A DNA stretch of 64,000 nucleotides from a virus. Both the position numbers and the translations under genes were made by a program. Below the pieces are notes generated by a model. The model ran no database searches, was not told the DNA's origin, and worked only from the letters and a program-made list of their open reading frames with translations. Of the stretch, positions 8,857-18,572 are shown piece after piece. The first letter of the stretch is position 1. Every line of letters begins with the position of its first letter. The DNA lies in IMG/VR virus record IMGVR_UViG_3300037845_000036, positions 1 through 64,000 of that record. One strand, given 5' to 3'.

Positions 8857-9436
8857 CTGGCCGTTTGGAGACCTGCGGCGTGGGTATTACGGTGCGGTGT
8901 ACTGCGATCCTCCATGGAGATTCAGGGTATGGGGACGGCGTTCGTCCCGAGATCCAGAACGGCACTATGGTACGCATGAAACAGACGTAATTGCGGAGCT
9001 ACCTGTTTCTGAATTGGCTGCACCCGATTGCGCACTGTTCATGTGGGTATCATGGCCAATGTTGGAGGACGCGCTTAACCTAATTGGCCGATGGGGATTT
9101 GAGTACAAAACATGTGCTTTCGCGTGGATGAAGGCTAGCAACAAGCAACTCGAATTGTTCCGCGAAGATGTTGATGCCCAGGTGGGGCTTGGATATTGGA
9201 CTAGAGCTAACAGTGAAGTTTGTTTGCTTGCGACGCGCGGCGCCCCCAAACGTCTTAACGCTGATGTGAGACAAGGCATTGTTGAGCCGCGAAGAGAACA
9301 TAGCAGGAAACCAACAGTCGTTTATGAAAGGATCGAAAGATTAGTTGCTGGACCATATGTAGAGCTTTTCGCGCGCTCAAGAAGGGCCGGATGGTCATCA
9401 TGGGGGAACGAATTAGATAAATTCGTAGCTACTTAG
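8849..9436 (+). CDS. MT-A70 family adenine methyltransferase
   Basis: DPPW, LFMW, WGFEYKT..F.W.K, GYWTRANSE.CLL, REHSRKP, ELFAR. Confidence 0.95.
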   Translation: MPNWPFGDLRRGYYGAVYCDPPWRFRVWGRRSSRDPERHYGTHETDVIAELPVSELAAPDCALFMWVSWPMLEDALNLIGRWGFEYKTCAFAWMKASNKQLELFREDVDAQVGLGYWTRANSEVCLLATRGAPKRLNADVRQGIVEPRREHSRKPTVVYERIERLVAGPYVELFARSRRAGWSSWGNELDKFVAT

Positions 9437-10001
9437 AATTGGCTGTAATATGTGGACAAACACCACCATTGTATGCGCGTCCGCAGTTACAATTAAAACA
9501 TAACAACCTATATCCTTCTTTGGGCCATCCTCTCGCTTTTAGGTTAAAAACGATATTGCCGCTGCCGCCGGCCATCGCGCGGTGCGCTCGCCCATCGCCA
9601 TTAATGTGATCAAGTGTAAGAAATCGTGGATTTGTTTCTCCACAACATTCACACGCCCCTCCGAAAATAGCGATCATCTCAAGTCTTGCGCGTTCCCTGG
9701 CTGCGCGTCTGCGCGATAGTTCTTCTGCGTGGTTGCGGTAATATCGTTCCCTACGTTTTTCAAGATCTTTTTCAATGTACTCTGGTGTTTGTTTGTCTCG
9801 CCACCTCTTTTGTCGCGCAGCAAATATTTCGGGATGCGCTTTCCTTTTTGCTTCCCGACGAGCTTGCTGCACTTCTTTGCGCAATTGATACGCCCGCTGT
9901 AGACGTAATTTTTCCTTGGCTTTCTCTTCTTCTGTTAAAGGGCGCCTACCGGTTTTACGCGCCCTACCGGATGGTAGTTTTTCTTTCATGATTGCCATCA
10001 T
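9429..10001 (-). CDS. HNH endonuclease with basic helical N-terminus
   Basis: FGGACECCGE...LTLDHINGDG...LLCFNCN. Confidence 0.9.
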   Translation of the reverse strand: MMAIMKEKLPSGRARKTGRRPLTEEEKAKEKLRLQRAYQLRKEVQQARREAKRKAHPEIFAARQKRWRDKQTPEYIEKDLEKRRERYYRNHAEELSRRRAARERARLEMIAIFGGACECCGETNPRFLTLDHINGDGRAHRAMAGGSGNIVFNLKARGWPKEGYRLLCFNCNCGRAYNGGVCPHITANSK

Positions 10002-10011
10002 ACACTAGACC

Positions 10012-10275
10012 GTGTATGTTCACAATATGAGCATGGGAACAAGGGAAGAGACCAAAGGCAGCGACGAATGGGATATGTCCAGTCGTCGGGCGCGCCGCGT
10101 TTGCGGGAGCAAGGCAGGCCGTTGGTCAATAGTGAAGGCTAAATTTTGGCGGCGAGTGCGCAAGTCTTGGCGGCTTCGCGCTATTAATGATCTTCGGAAT
10201 TATCCCTTTCGCGTAGGTAGCGCTATGGGTAGTATGTCGCCCGACAGGCCGGCGCAAAAACAGGATGCGTCCTGA
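10012..10275 (+). CDS. Small basic protein whose native stop was displaced by the IS
   Basis: Removing the IS restores ...RAINDL-TAA; the current C-terminus reads into the IS end. Confidence 0.65.
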   Translation: MYVHNMSMGTREETKGSDEWDMSSRRARRVCGSKAGRWSIVKAKFWRRVRKSWRLRAINDLRNYPFRVGSAMGSMSPDRPAQKQDAS

Positions 10276-10362
10276 TGGCGCACCCTCGCATCAGGAAGGG
10301 TACGGGTGGAGCTAACTCGCTAGAACCGTTATCGCCGTCCTATGAGCTTTCCGAGATTGAAA

Positions 10363-11064
10363 TCACGCCCGAGATGATCGGGGTTGGCGTTGACGAGATG
10401 CTTGCTTGGCCTGAGACAGTAGCTTTGCGAGAGGACTGTGTAGCAAATATTTATCGGGCAATGGTGGAGGCCAAAGTTCGGGCCTATCCCACCGCGCGGC
10501 CCGCCGATGCCAATCGCCGAGGCGCATTGTCACGGAAATGATATAATTAGCTTCTTCCTTCAAAAGCTCTAAAGAAATACCGTGAAGCGGAATTTCTACG
10601 ACTTTACCTTGTCCCGCTCTATAACGATCTTTGGAATAACTACCATCCATCGCAGAAAGACCCGTCCAAGCTCCGTGTAACAGGTTGTTTCGATCTGCAT
10701 TTGCTTGCTGCAAACCACTGTAAATTGCCTCAGCGGATTTGCGCAACTGGTCATACGCAACAATTCTCGCATTTTGCGCGGAAGTGAGTTGATGCCCTCT
10801 CGGAAAAATCTCGAACGGTTGCGATGCCAGAATATAGAACAGTTCAATTCTTTGATTAGCATTCTGCATGAGCCATTCGAGAGCCGCCCCCTCGCGGTGC
10901 GACATCCGCATCATTTGTCTAAGGGTTGCCGTAAGCTGACGCTCTAGATCGGCGAACGCGACCGCAATGGCCCCGAGCGGGCGATAGAGCTTTCTGAAAA
11001 TAGGCGGCGGCTCGACATCTTTCCATTTAAGAGCGGGGATCTGTTCGTTCTTAATCCACGCCAT
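10363..11064 (-). CDS. IS passenger: helical protein with RxxxxH motif (HEPN-like)
   Basis: LGAIAVAFADLE...ANADRNNLLHGAW. Confidence 0.6.
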   Translation of the reverse strand: MAWIKNEQIPALKWKDVEPPPIFRKLYRPLGAIAVAFADLERQLTATLRQMMRMSHREGAALEWLMQNANQRIELFYILASQPFEIFPRGHQLTSAQNARIVAYDQLRKSAEAIYSGLQQANADRNNLLHGAWTGLSAMDGSYSKDRYRAGQGKVVEIPLHGISLELLKEEANYIISVTMRLGDWHRRAARWDRPELWPPPLPDKYLLHSPLAKLLSQAKQASRQRQPRSSRA

Positions 11065-11078
11065 GCTATCCTCCCCTT

Positions 11079-11252
11079 ATGAACGAGCAGGATAGCCGCA
11101 AGAGCAAAGACGGCAACGAGCAATACAGCGACGAGGAAGCGGAGCGCCGAGCTACGGACGCGCTGCGCCGCACGTTGACGACGCCATACAAGCCGCAGAA
11201 AGACATGGTCGGTAAGACGGGTCGGCCGTCACGCCGCAAATCGCCAGCGTGA
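11079..11252 (+). CDS. IS passenger: 57-aa charged protein
   Basis: MNEQDSRKSKDGNEQYSDEEAERRATDALRRTLTTPYKPQKDM...; stop overlaps the GTG of the next gene. Below the ORF-track cutoff. Confidence 0.65.
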   Translation: MNEQDSRKSKDGNEQYSDEEAERRATDALRRTLTTPYKPQKDMVGKTGRPSRRKSPA

Positions 11253-11635
11253 AGCCCAAACCGAAGAAGGATAAGGGCGATTCTGAGTGGAGAACCGGAT
11301 TCTCTATCGTGGCCATTTGCTGGTGCTGCCTCGGCGCGGCTGAAGCCGCCGACAAATCTCCCGCGTTTATTTCCGGTGCAGAATTGCAACGGCTATGTGA
11401 TCACGGGCAAGATAGCGACACCATATCATGTTTACGGTATATAGCGGGTGTTATAGATAGCGCTAATGCTATTGCTTCGCCTCGGATACTCTGCCTCCCG
11501 GATCTTAACATGAGGCAAATCCACGCAATAATAGTTCAGGACATGCGATCTCACCCTCAAACTCTAGGGTATTCCGCCGCTAGTGTGATCCTAGGCGTGC
11601 TCGCAACGACCTTCCCCTGCGCACCTACACAGTAG
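11249..11635 (+). CDS. IS passenger: Rap1a/Tai-like T6SS amidase-immunity protein
   Basis: Signal-like segment, then SGAELQRLC...CLRYIAGVID...CLP...HP...AASVI...L...FPC. Confidence 0.8.
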   Translation: MKPKPKKDKGDSEWRTGFSIVAICWCCLGAAEAADKSPAFISGAELQRLCDHGQDSDTISCLRYIAGVIDSANAIASPRILCLPDLNMRQIHAIIVQDMRSHPQTLGYSAASVILGVLATTFPCAPTQ

Positions 11636-12159
11636 AAAGTTGTCAAAGGGGAATATCGCTATTGAAAAGCTGTCTAGACAATAGATGGCTACCGTTTTAG
11701 AATGGGAGAGGTGTATATTAATCAGGCGAGCTAACTGTGCCTAATACCTTCGCATCCATCCCCCTTTGTACAGAAGACGAACTCGAACGCCATCAAGCTG
11801 TTTTTGAGGTAACTTATATTGACGGAAAGCCAATCACCAGCATGAGGCGAGGACGCTTATGGAAAAAGAATATCAAGAACAGCCCTATCAAGGATAGGGC
11901 AGTTGAAAATGTTATCTTGAAGTAAAGGAATGGAACCGTCCTTTACCTTCTCGCATATTCCAGCGATATTAGGCAACTCGCTCGTAGCCCATCGCGGCGG
12001 ATTTAAGCTACTGACGCTTACATGGATTTCAGCGGCACATGCTGGGCATATCACCTTCTTCATGGAGTCGCTCCCTTTAGTCGCGTAGCGATTCACGATT
12101 TGTCTAAGCATTCGATGAACCGCCGCAGCCGCGCAATCTCGCGCCGCAGTCGGTTGCGT

Positions 12160-13083
12160 TCAACGAGGCTGTCGATACGTCAACCTCTTGCCGATGCCGC
12201 CCTTCACGATAGCGGCGGCACGCTCCGTATCGTTCAAATCGCGACGGTTCCAACGAAATGAAAATTCGTCGCAATAACGGTCAAGGTGCTCCTTGCTAAT
12301 ATGGTGAAACGAGCCAACAACCCCACGTTTCAGCAAAGCAAAGTAGCTTTCAACGGTGTTTGTGTTAACATCGTCTCTCGCATATTCGGAAGCCGAGTGC
12401 AGCACGACTTCGTGACCACCCTCAAACTCCTTGCCGATGCCGATATACGAGCGCCATTCATCGGTCACGATGCGCGACTTCCGATCCACGTTCTCGCGGA
12501 TAGCGCCTTTCAGCGTCGCGGCGTCCACATGCTCGATCTTGCGGCTGCGCACGCGGCCCGAACGCTCGACCAGCGCGACGACTGGCGTTTTCTTCGTGCC
12601 GCGCCCGCTCTTGCCCTTCGTGTTAGTGCCCGGCCGGGGTTTGCCGCCGATATAGGTTTCGTCAACCTCAACCGTCTTGCCCGACCCGCCAAGCGCCGGC
12701 TCCGGCGCACCCTCGCGCATCGCTTCCCTGATGCGGTGCCACAAAAACCAAGCGGTTTTGTAGGTAACGCCGATCGTCCGATGCAGTTGATGCGCCGACA
12801 TGCCTTTCTTGCTGCCAGCCATTAGCCGATAGGCCAGAACCCACTTGTTAAGCGGCAAATGGCTGCTTTCCATGACCGAGCCTGTCGTCACGGTGAACGA
12901 GCCTTGGCAGCTATTGCAGTGAATGAGACCCGGCCGGTGCGATGCGCCGTTGAGCCGATAGACCCGCGCGGTTTCGCCGCAGTGCGGGCAATACGGTTTC
13001 CCGTCCGGCCAGCGGAGCGACTCAAGGTGCTCCCTAGCCTTTGTTTCGTCAGTGAAAATCGGGTCTGTGAGGTTGATCGCCAT
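12160..13083 (-). CDS. IS1595-family DDE transposase
   Basis: RWPDG..CPHCG Zn ribbon, VEVDETYIGG, TDEW..Y, V.HS..EY, NTVESYF...Y.DEF.FR.N.R. Confidence 0.97.
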   Translation of the reverse strand: MAINLTDPIFTDETKAREHLESLRWPDGKPYCPHCGETARVYRLNGASHRPGLIHCNSCQGSFTVTTGSVMESSHLPLNKWVLAYRLMAGSKKGMSAHQLHRTIGVTYKTAWFLWHRIREAMREGAPEPALGGSGKTVEVDETYIGGKPRPGTNTKGKSGRGTKKTPVVALVERSGRVRSRKIEHVDAATLKGAIRENVDRKSRIVTDEWRSYIGIGKEFEGGHEVVLHSASEYARDDVNTNTVESYFALLKRGVVGSFHHISKEHLDRYCDEFSFRWNRRDLNDTERAAAIVKGGIGKRLTYRQPR

Positions 13084-13178
13084 GGCCTGAGCCTCTAAAA
13101 TCTGGCGATATCCTACCCCTTGTGGCTACCTATGTCAAAGGGATAATTCCGATGATCTTTAACGGCATAGTGGGGCGG

Positions 13179-13339
13179 TTGACAACCGCATGAGTACCAA
13201 GTAGAAGCCTCTAATCCGCAGCGGCAATTGCGGTAGAGCGCGACACGGAGTTTTCTGAACTTCCTCGCTCCGGTGTCGTAATCCACGACCCCTGTTCCAT
13301 AGCGCTCCGGGCTTTGCCGGCCGGAGCGAGGGAGACTTT
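13179..13339 (+). promoter_or_regulatory. Promoter and highly structured 5' leader
   Basis: TTGACA(13179)-17 nt-TAGAAG; hairpins at 13209-13238, 13241-13278 and 13303-13328; RBS AGGGAG at 13329. Confidence 0.6.
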
Positions 13340-14965
13340 GTGATGCCCGATTCCGCAACGGCTTTTAGCCGGAAAATCTCAGAAGTTATCAATCCGGCCG
13401 TTCAGCGGCGCGCGCAAGCGCAGCCAACTGCCGTTGCCTCAATTGAGGCTAACCCAGTCTATCAAATCATGATGTCGGCTGAGACAACACCCGAGCAGAA
13501 ACGTGATGCCGTCGCGGCATTCCTGACCTGTGCTGAAACCAAACAGGAAAACCGCGCGAGAGTCGAAGCCTATCAGGAATTTGAAGAGTTTATGCAGGCC
13601 GAGCGCGAGCGTATGGCCAAAGCGATTATTCAATTAACCGATACCACGACCTTCAGCGAGTTACAGGCTGTTTATCGGGATCTTAACAATGCGCTGACCG
13701 ATTTTGACGAGAAAATGAAACCGCTAACCGATATTGTTGACGCACTCTATGTGCTGCGGACCAACGACAAAACGGTTGATGCATTTCGAGAGATTAAGGA
13801 CGACCGCCAGCGACAGGCCGAAATCGAGAAACAGAAGACGGAAAAGGCAGAACAATTCAGTGCGTTGCGCACTACTGTTGATCGTGTTACTGGGGATATC
13901 GCGGTTCTCGCCGAGCGCAAGGCATTCTTCGGCTGGGGAAACACCACGCAAGCTGCGCGGCAGGAAATTGCGCGGAAGGAAATCGAACTTCAAGGTGCCC
14001 AAGATCGCATCGCAGGGATTCAGCACGAACTTGCTGATCTAGAACAGCGCGGCCCTGGGTCAAGTAGCCTAGGCGAGTTTGCGGCACAGAAAGATAAATT
14101 ACGCGAATTGCTCGACATTTCCAGTGACGAACACAAGAAACGGCAGGATGATCTTGTCGCCTCGGCACTCAATTTCGTTACTACCGCCAAAGAACGAATA
14201 GGCGCAGTGCGCCAACACCTTGGCCAAATGAGCGGCCAAATTGATAATCTCTACGATGCCAACGCGCGGATGTCGGGAGTCTATGCTGTTCTGACTGATG
14301 GCATCAAGAATGCCGGCGAGGCCAATCAACAAATTCGTGCGACGCTCGCGCCCCCAACGGGAGATGAACCATTAATCGCAAAGATGGCCCGCGAAGATAA
14401 GAACCTTGCGGTGGAGGAACACATTGCGGCGCTAGGCGCGGCTGGTGGCCATACCACCGAAGCTTATGCCGATCTTACCTCCCAAACGATCCGCATCAAA
14501 ACCATGCGCGATTCAACTCAGAGCCAGATCGACAAGGCGCGTGATATGGGGACGCAAGGCGTTGCTGGCGTGGCCGATCGGCTTAGTGTGGTGCTACAGG
14601 CGGTCTCTTCGGCAGCGCTCGGAGAATCCTCAGCGATGGCTAGGGACACGCTCTCGCGGATGGTTGATAGCACCAACAAAATCGCCCAAAAGGAAACGGT
14701 ACGTGTAGCGATGGGCATTGACGAAGCCAACGCAGACGTGTTGAAGGCGATTGATGATCTCGGCGCTTATGGTGAAGTCGTCCGAACCTCTACGGATATC
14801 ACCCGGAAGGGGCTTACCGAGATGCGTGGCAACCTAGCCAAGATCAAGGAACTTGCGGAAAGTGTGCGCGGCGACGTGCATGAAGCCATCGCCACTAGCG
14901 CCGATGTCCAAGCTGGCGATGTTCAGCCATCGATCGCACCGCCTCGCAGTGCGTTTGGGGTTTGA
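13340..14965 (+). CDS. Large coiled-coil protein of unknown function
   Basis: 541 aa, almost entirely helical A/E/Q/K/R composition; stop overlaps the next gene. Confidence 0.85.
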   Translation: MMPDSATAFSRKISEVINPAVQRRAQAQPTAVASIEANPVYQIMMSAETTPEQKRDAVAAFLTCAETKQENRARVEAYQEFEEFMQAERERMAKAIIQLTDTTTFSELQAVYRDLNNALTDFDEKMKPLTDIVDALYVLRTNDKTVDAFREIKDDRQRQAEIEKQKTEKAEQFSALRTTVDRVTGDIAVLAERKAFFGWGNTTQAARQEIARKEIELQGAQDRIAGIQHELADLEQRGPGSSSLGEFAAQKDKLRELLDISSDEHKKRQDDLVASALNFVTTAKERIGAVRQHLGQMSGQIDNLYDANARMSGVYAVLTDGIKNAGEANQQIRATLAPPTGDEPLIAKMAREDKNLAVEEHIAALGAAGGHTTEAYADLTSQTIRIKTMRDSTQSQIDKARDMGTQGVAGVADRLSVVLQAVSSAALGESSAMARDTLSRMVDSTNKIAQKETVRVAMGIDEANADVLKAIDDLGAYGEVVRTSTDITRKGLTEMRGNLAKIKELAESVRGDVHEAIATSADVQAGDVQPSIAPPRSAFGV

Positions 14966-16980
14966 ATATGAATCACCTAATCCGAGGATCAGAATACCTT
15001 GATAGCCACGAAGGCTTTGAGTTAGTTGGACGAAACGCTGAACTTCAGCGCTTAGTCTCGGTTCTAATGCGGAATCGGGCTAGCTCAGTCATTCTCGTCG
15101 GACCCGGCGGCGTTGGTTGTACTGCTCTCTGTCTTGGCGTTCAAGCGGCCAAGATACGCCCTGATGCTCCGTTCGATCTTGTTAGCAAGCGACTGTTTTG
15201 GCTCGATACGAATAGTCTCTTTTCGTCCGGTGATAACGGCGCAACCAATAACTCCTTTCGCCGAATCGTTCAGAGGATTGAGCGTTCGCGCGAAGGCGTC
15301 CTAGTAATAGAAGATGCTCGCGACTTTATCGAAGGGTGCCGAAACAACAACGCGAGCCATTTCATCAATGGTCTGATTCTCGCAGTGCAAAACGGACGTA
15401 TGCAACTGATTTTCGAAACGAAAGATGAGGATCTTGATCTTGTGGTGCGATGTCATTCCGACGTGAATGAATTATTTACAATCCTTCCAATTGAGGAACC
15501 AACTGGCGATGCACTGCTTAAGATCGTGACGTCTGCTGCTCGTAGGCTGACTCATCATCATGGAATACGCATCGAAGATGACGCCATAACAACAGCGATT
15601 GAATTGACTAACAAATATCAGTCGCGGGACAGTGGCCTCTCTCGTGCCCAGCCGGAACGTAGTGTAACGTTGCTCGATCGCACGCTCGCTACCTACCGCC
15701 TAGACGTTCACCAACATCCGCCAGGTATCCCAAACTGGGGTGAGCAGCAACAACGTCTGCGCGCGCTACACGACGAGCAACGCGCTGGCGAGATGACGAT
15801 ATCTTCGCTAGAAGAACAGATAGATCACGTCAAGTCCGCTCAGCCAGACAACACACGTATGGCTGTACTAGGACAATTTGAGCCACCCGAGATCACAGAC
15901 CTGCGCAGCAAAATACGGCTTATTCAGGGCGAGGTAGACGCAAAGCATCACCAGTTCGCTGAAATCACTGCTTACATAAACAGTTCTCTGAGTGTGGCTC
16001 GCGCTCTCGTTCTTTGTGAATTTGCCGATATTTCGGGCATCCCAGCGACCAAATTGAATCAAGACGATCGGGAGAAGTTGCGTGGGATGGAAGCCGCTAT
16101 GTCACGGCGTGTCTTTGGTCAGGAAGACGCTATTCGACGCCTGGCCAACGGCGTAAGGATTGCCCGAGTGGGCCGGCGCAATAATGCTAGACCAACGTCC
16201 TACTTGTTTCTCGGGCCTTCCGGGGTTGGCAAGACCGAAATGGCGAAGGTACTCGCGGGAATTTTGCTCGACGATGAAAGCGCTTTGAGCCGCTTTGATA
16301 TGTCCGAGTACATGGAAAAGCACGCTGTCGCTAAGATGATCGGGGCGCCCCCTGGTTATGAGGGATTCGATGCTGGCGGAATCTTGACTAATCTAATGCG
16401 CCGGAATGGCAACCGCGTGCTGCTATTTGATGAAATCGAAAAAGCGCACCCGGACATATTCAATATCATGCTGCAGGTGCTAGAGGACGGCCGCCTGACC
16501 GACAATATCGGACGCACGGTTTCGTTTTCCGATGCAGTTATCATTATGACTACCAATATCGGGCAGCCGCACTTTCTCGATGAAACGCTTTCAGTTGAAG
16601 AAGCTGAAGCCCGCGCAACAGACGATCTTAACGCGACCTATCGTTCTGAATTTCTTAACCGTTTTGCTGGACGACAAAATATTGTTTGCTTCAAACGTCT
16701 TGGCATCGACTCCATGGAAAAGATTGTACGGCGAGAAATCGCTGGCATCAATACGGTCTATAGTGAGAAAGGAGTTGCAGTTCAACTTGACGACGCATCA
16801 ATAACGACTTTTTGTGAAGATCAATATGATCCGCGTATTGGGGCGCGTGGGTTGCCGGGTTTTATCGCTGCGAATCTAGAACCCATTATTGTCAATGCAA
16901 TCCTTGCGAACGAAACGATCCATGATACCGCGCGTGTTACTTATGACCGTGATCGCCATCATTTCCGTGTGGAGTTTTAG
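14962..16980 (+). CDS. ClpB/ClpA-like double AAA+ ATPase lacking the N-domain
   Basis: LVGRNAEL; degenerate NBD1 GPGGVGCT; M-domain-like coil; VFGQEDAI; GPSGVGKTE; DMSEYMEKH; GAPPGYEG; LLFDEIEKAHPD; GARGL. Confidence 0.93.
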   Translation: MNMNHLIRGSEYLDSHEGFELVGRNAELQRLVSVLMRNRASSVILVGPGGVGCTALCLGVQAAKIRPDAPFDLVSKRLFWLDTNSLFSSGDNGATNNSFRRIVQRIERSREGVLVIEDARDFIEGCRNNNASHFINGLILAVQNGRMQLIFETKDEDLDLVVRCHSDVNELFTILPIEEPTGDALLKIVTSAARRLTHHHGIRIEDDAITTAIELTNKYQSRDSGLSRAQPERSVTLLDRTLATYRLDVHQHPPGIPNWGEQQQRLRALHDEQRAGEMTISSLEEQIDHVKSAQPDNTRMAVLGQFEPPEITDLRSKIRLIQGEVDAKHHQFAEITAYINSSLSVARALVLCEFADISGIPATKLNQDDREKLRGMEAAMSRRVFGQEDAIRRLANGVRIARVGRRNNARPTSYLFLGPSGVGKTEMAKVLAGILLDDESALSRFDMSEYMEKHAVAKMIGAPPGYEGFDAGGILTNLMRRNGNRVLLFDEIEKAHPDIFNIMLQVLEDGRLTDNIGRTVSFSDAVIIMTTNIGQPHFLDETLSVEEAEARATDDLNATYRSEFLNRFAGRQNIVCFKRLGIDSMEKIVRREIAGINTVYSEKGVAVQLDDASITTFCEDQYDPRIGARGLPGFIAANLEPIIVNAILANETIHDTARVTYDRDRHHFRVEF

Positions 16981-16983
16981 CCC

Positions 16984-17712
16984 ATGGCGAATCTCGCGGA
17001 CGAGATTGCTCAATTTCAAGCGCGCATGGCTGCGGAGAAAGCGCAGCGTCAGAAAGATGCGCGCTACTCTCGCACCGGGCGCATGCGTGCTGATGTTTCT
17101 AGCGGGGGTACTTTCTTAGCGCAGCTATTCGTAGCGGCTGGATGGCTTTGGCAAAGAGTTGTCTCTCCGCTTCTCCACCTATTTTGGAGATGGGGTGTTT
17201 TTCACGTTAAGCAGTACCGGCGGCTCTGGTCATTAGTCGTTTACCGTCGCACGACCGATGGCGAGTTACTGTTTTCAAAGACCCGCGCTGGCCTTTTCGC
17301 TGGTGGCAGCATTCTATTTTTCTGGTTCATTGCGATTCCCCTCATTGATGGCGTGTGGGATGCTGGCATCTACTTGTTGACCGCAGAGCGGAATGAGCAT
17401 GTCTATTTGTTAGGTTCACAGGAGATTGACTCATGGACCGGAGCACATGTTATTGAGGGGTGTTCAAAGCTTCCGTGTTCGGATCGTGATGCCATCTATT
17501 TTCGCACGGCTGGCGGGTTATTCAATAATCTCTGGAGCTTGATGCACGGTCGGGGGCTTTTCTATCCCGAATATGTCGGTGCAGCGGTACCATATGCCAC
17601 AAGCAAATGCATTGTTACGTCCTATGGAGTTCGTATCCGGCTGCCATTTCGCATCGTCAACACCTATTCATACCTTTTGGCCGTCACATGCTCCCCGCTC
17701 AGCAAAGATTGA
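16984..17712 (+). CDS. Membrane protein with Cys-containing C-terminal domain
   Basis: Hydrophobic segments; four Cys in the C-domain; in an operon with the ATPase. Confidence 0.8.
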   Translation: MANLADEIAQFQARMAAEKAQRQKDARYSRTGRMRADVSSGGTFLAQLFVAAGWLWQRVVSPLLHLFWRWGVFHVKQYRRLWSLVVYRRTTDGELLFSKTRAGLFAGGSILFFWFIAIPLIDGVWDAGIYLLTAERNEHVYLLGSQEIDSWTGAHVIEGCSKLPCSDRDAIYFRTAGGLFNNLWSLMHGRGLFYPEYVGAAVPYATSKCIVTSYGVRIRLPFRIVNTYSYLLAVTCSPLSKD

Positions 17713-17996
17713 CTCGTGCTCAGCGGGCCGCCGATACTGTAACCGAGTTCTGCGGTTCCTGGACCTTTATCGCGGTCGGGTCAGTACTTACGACCGGATG
17801 GATTGCGTTGAACTCAATTCTTGTGCTGTTCGGAGAATTCGATCCGTACCCTTATATCTTATTCAATCTTGTGCTGACAGTTGTAAGCACATTTCAGGGA
17901 CCGCTGATTATGATGTCGCAGAACCGCCAATTAGAGCGCGACCGCGAAGCTGTGGCGGGATTGCACGCAAAGCTTGATGCGCTTCTTGGCCGTTAA
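17688..17996 (+). CDS. DUF1003 membrane protein
   Basis: RAAD.V..F.GSW.FI...FDPYPYILFNL.L...Q.PLIMMSQNRQ..RDR. Confidence 0.92.
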   Translation: MLPAQQRLTRAQRAADTVTEFCGSWTFIAVGSVLTTGWIALNSILVLFGEFDPYPYILFNLVLTVVSTFQGPLIMMSQNRQLERDREAVAGLHAKLDALLGR

Positions 17997-18002
17997 TACG
18001 TG

Positions 18003-18398
18003 TTAACGGGCATGGTCGGGACAGTGAATGTGTCCGCAGACGACACAGGCCGGGACATCTTCGATTCCCTCTAGTTTTGCCAAATTAAGTACGCGTTTGT
18101 GCTCGCGCGCTGCCCTAATCTCAAACAGCAGTAATGCAGTGCGGAGGTGATTTATGATTGCCTCTGTCTCGGCACATGGGATTTGGTTATTCAGATAACG
18201 CGAGCGAGAAATCAGCGCCCGCAACACCTCTTGGCAATTTGTACCTTCATAACCTTCCCCAACATTACCCGGATACCGATCACCCACGCGTTTTATAAAT
18301 CGTAGATGAACTTGTGACTCAGATTTATGAGCGGGATTCGGTGACAAACACCGAAGCGCGAAGGAGTGGCCTGGGTCAAAGCAAATCATTTTGACCAT
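18003..18398 (-). CDS. Acb2/Tad1-like helical hairpin protein (candidate)
   Basis: LRFIKR...GTNCQEVLRALISR..YLN...PC.E...I..L..ALL....R. Confidence 0.55.
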   Translation of the reverse strand: MVKMICFDPGHSFALRCLSPNPAHKSESQVHLRFIKRVGDRYPGNVGEGYEGTNCQEVLRALISRSRYLNNQIPCAETEAIINHLRTALLLFEIRAAREHKRVLNLAKLEGIEDVPACVVCGHIHCPDHAR

Positions 18399-18572
18399 TA
18401 AGTTACGTTAAAGGTCATCATACCCATCCCGGTAGATGGCAGGGCGTGCTAGTCGTCCCATCGTAGTTCACGTCGTCGCACCCGACCTGAACGCACCCTG
18501 AGATCGCGGCGGCGAGCACAAATAAGGCGAGCAAGGCAGCGATGACGCTGAGCTTTCGGTGGTCTGCGTCGC

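Larger units (their letters stand above)
10195..13151 (-). mobile_element. IS1595-family element with passenger genes, 2957 bp
   Basis: TIRs cggaattatccctttcgcgtaggtagc (from 10195) and rc cggaattatccctttgacataggtagc (to 13151); 8-bp TSD ATGATCTT at 10187-10194 and 13152-13159; transposase inside. Confidence 0.95.

Noticed and set aside
16978-16986. Read-through fusion of the ATPase and membrane protein (TAG CCC ATG in frame)
   Set aside because: In-frame adjacency has a 1-in-3 chance, and GGAG upstream provides an independent RBS.
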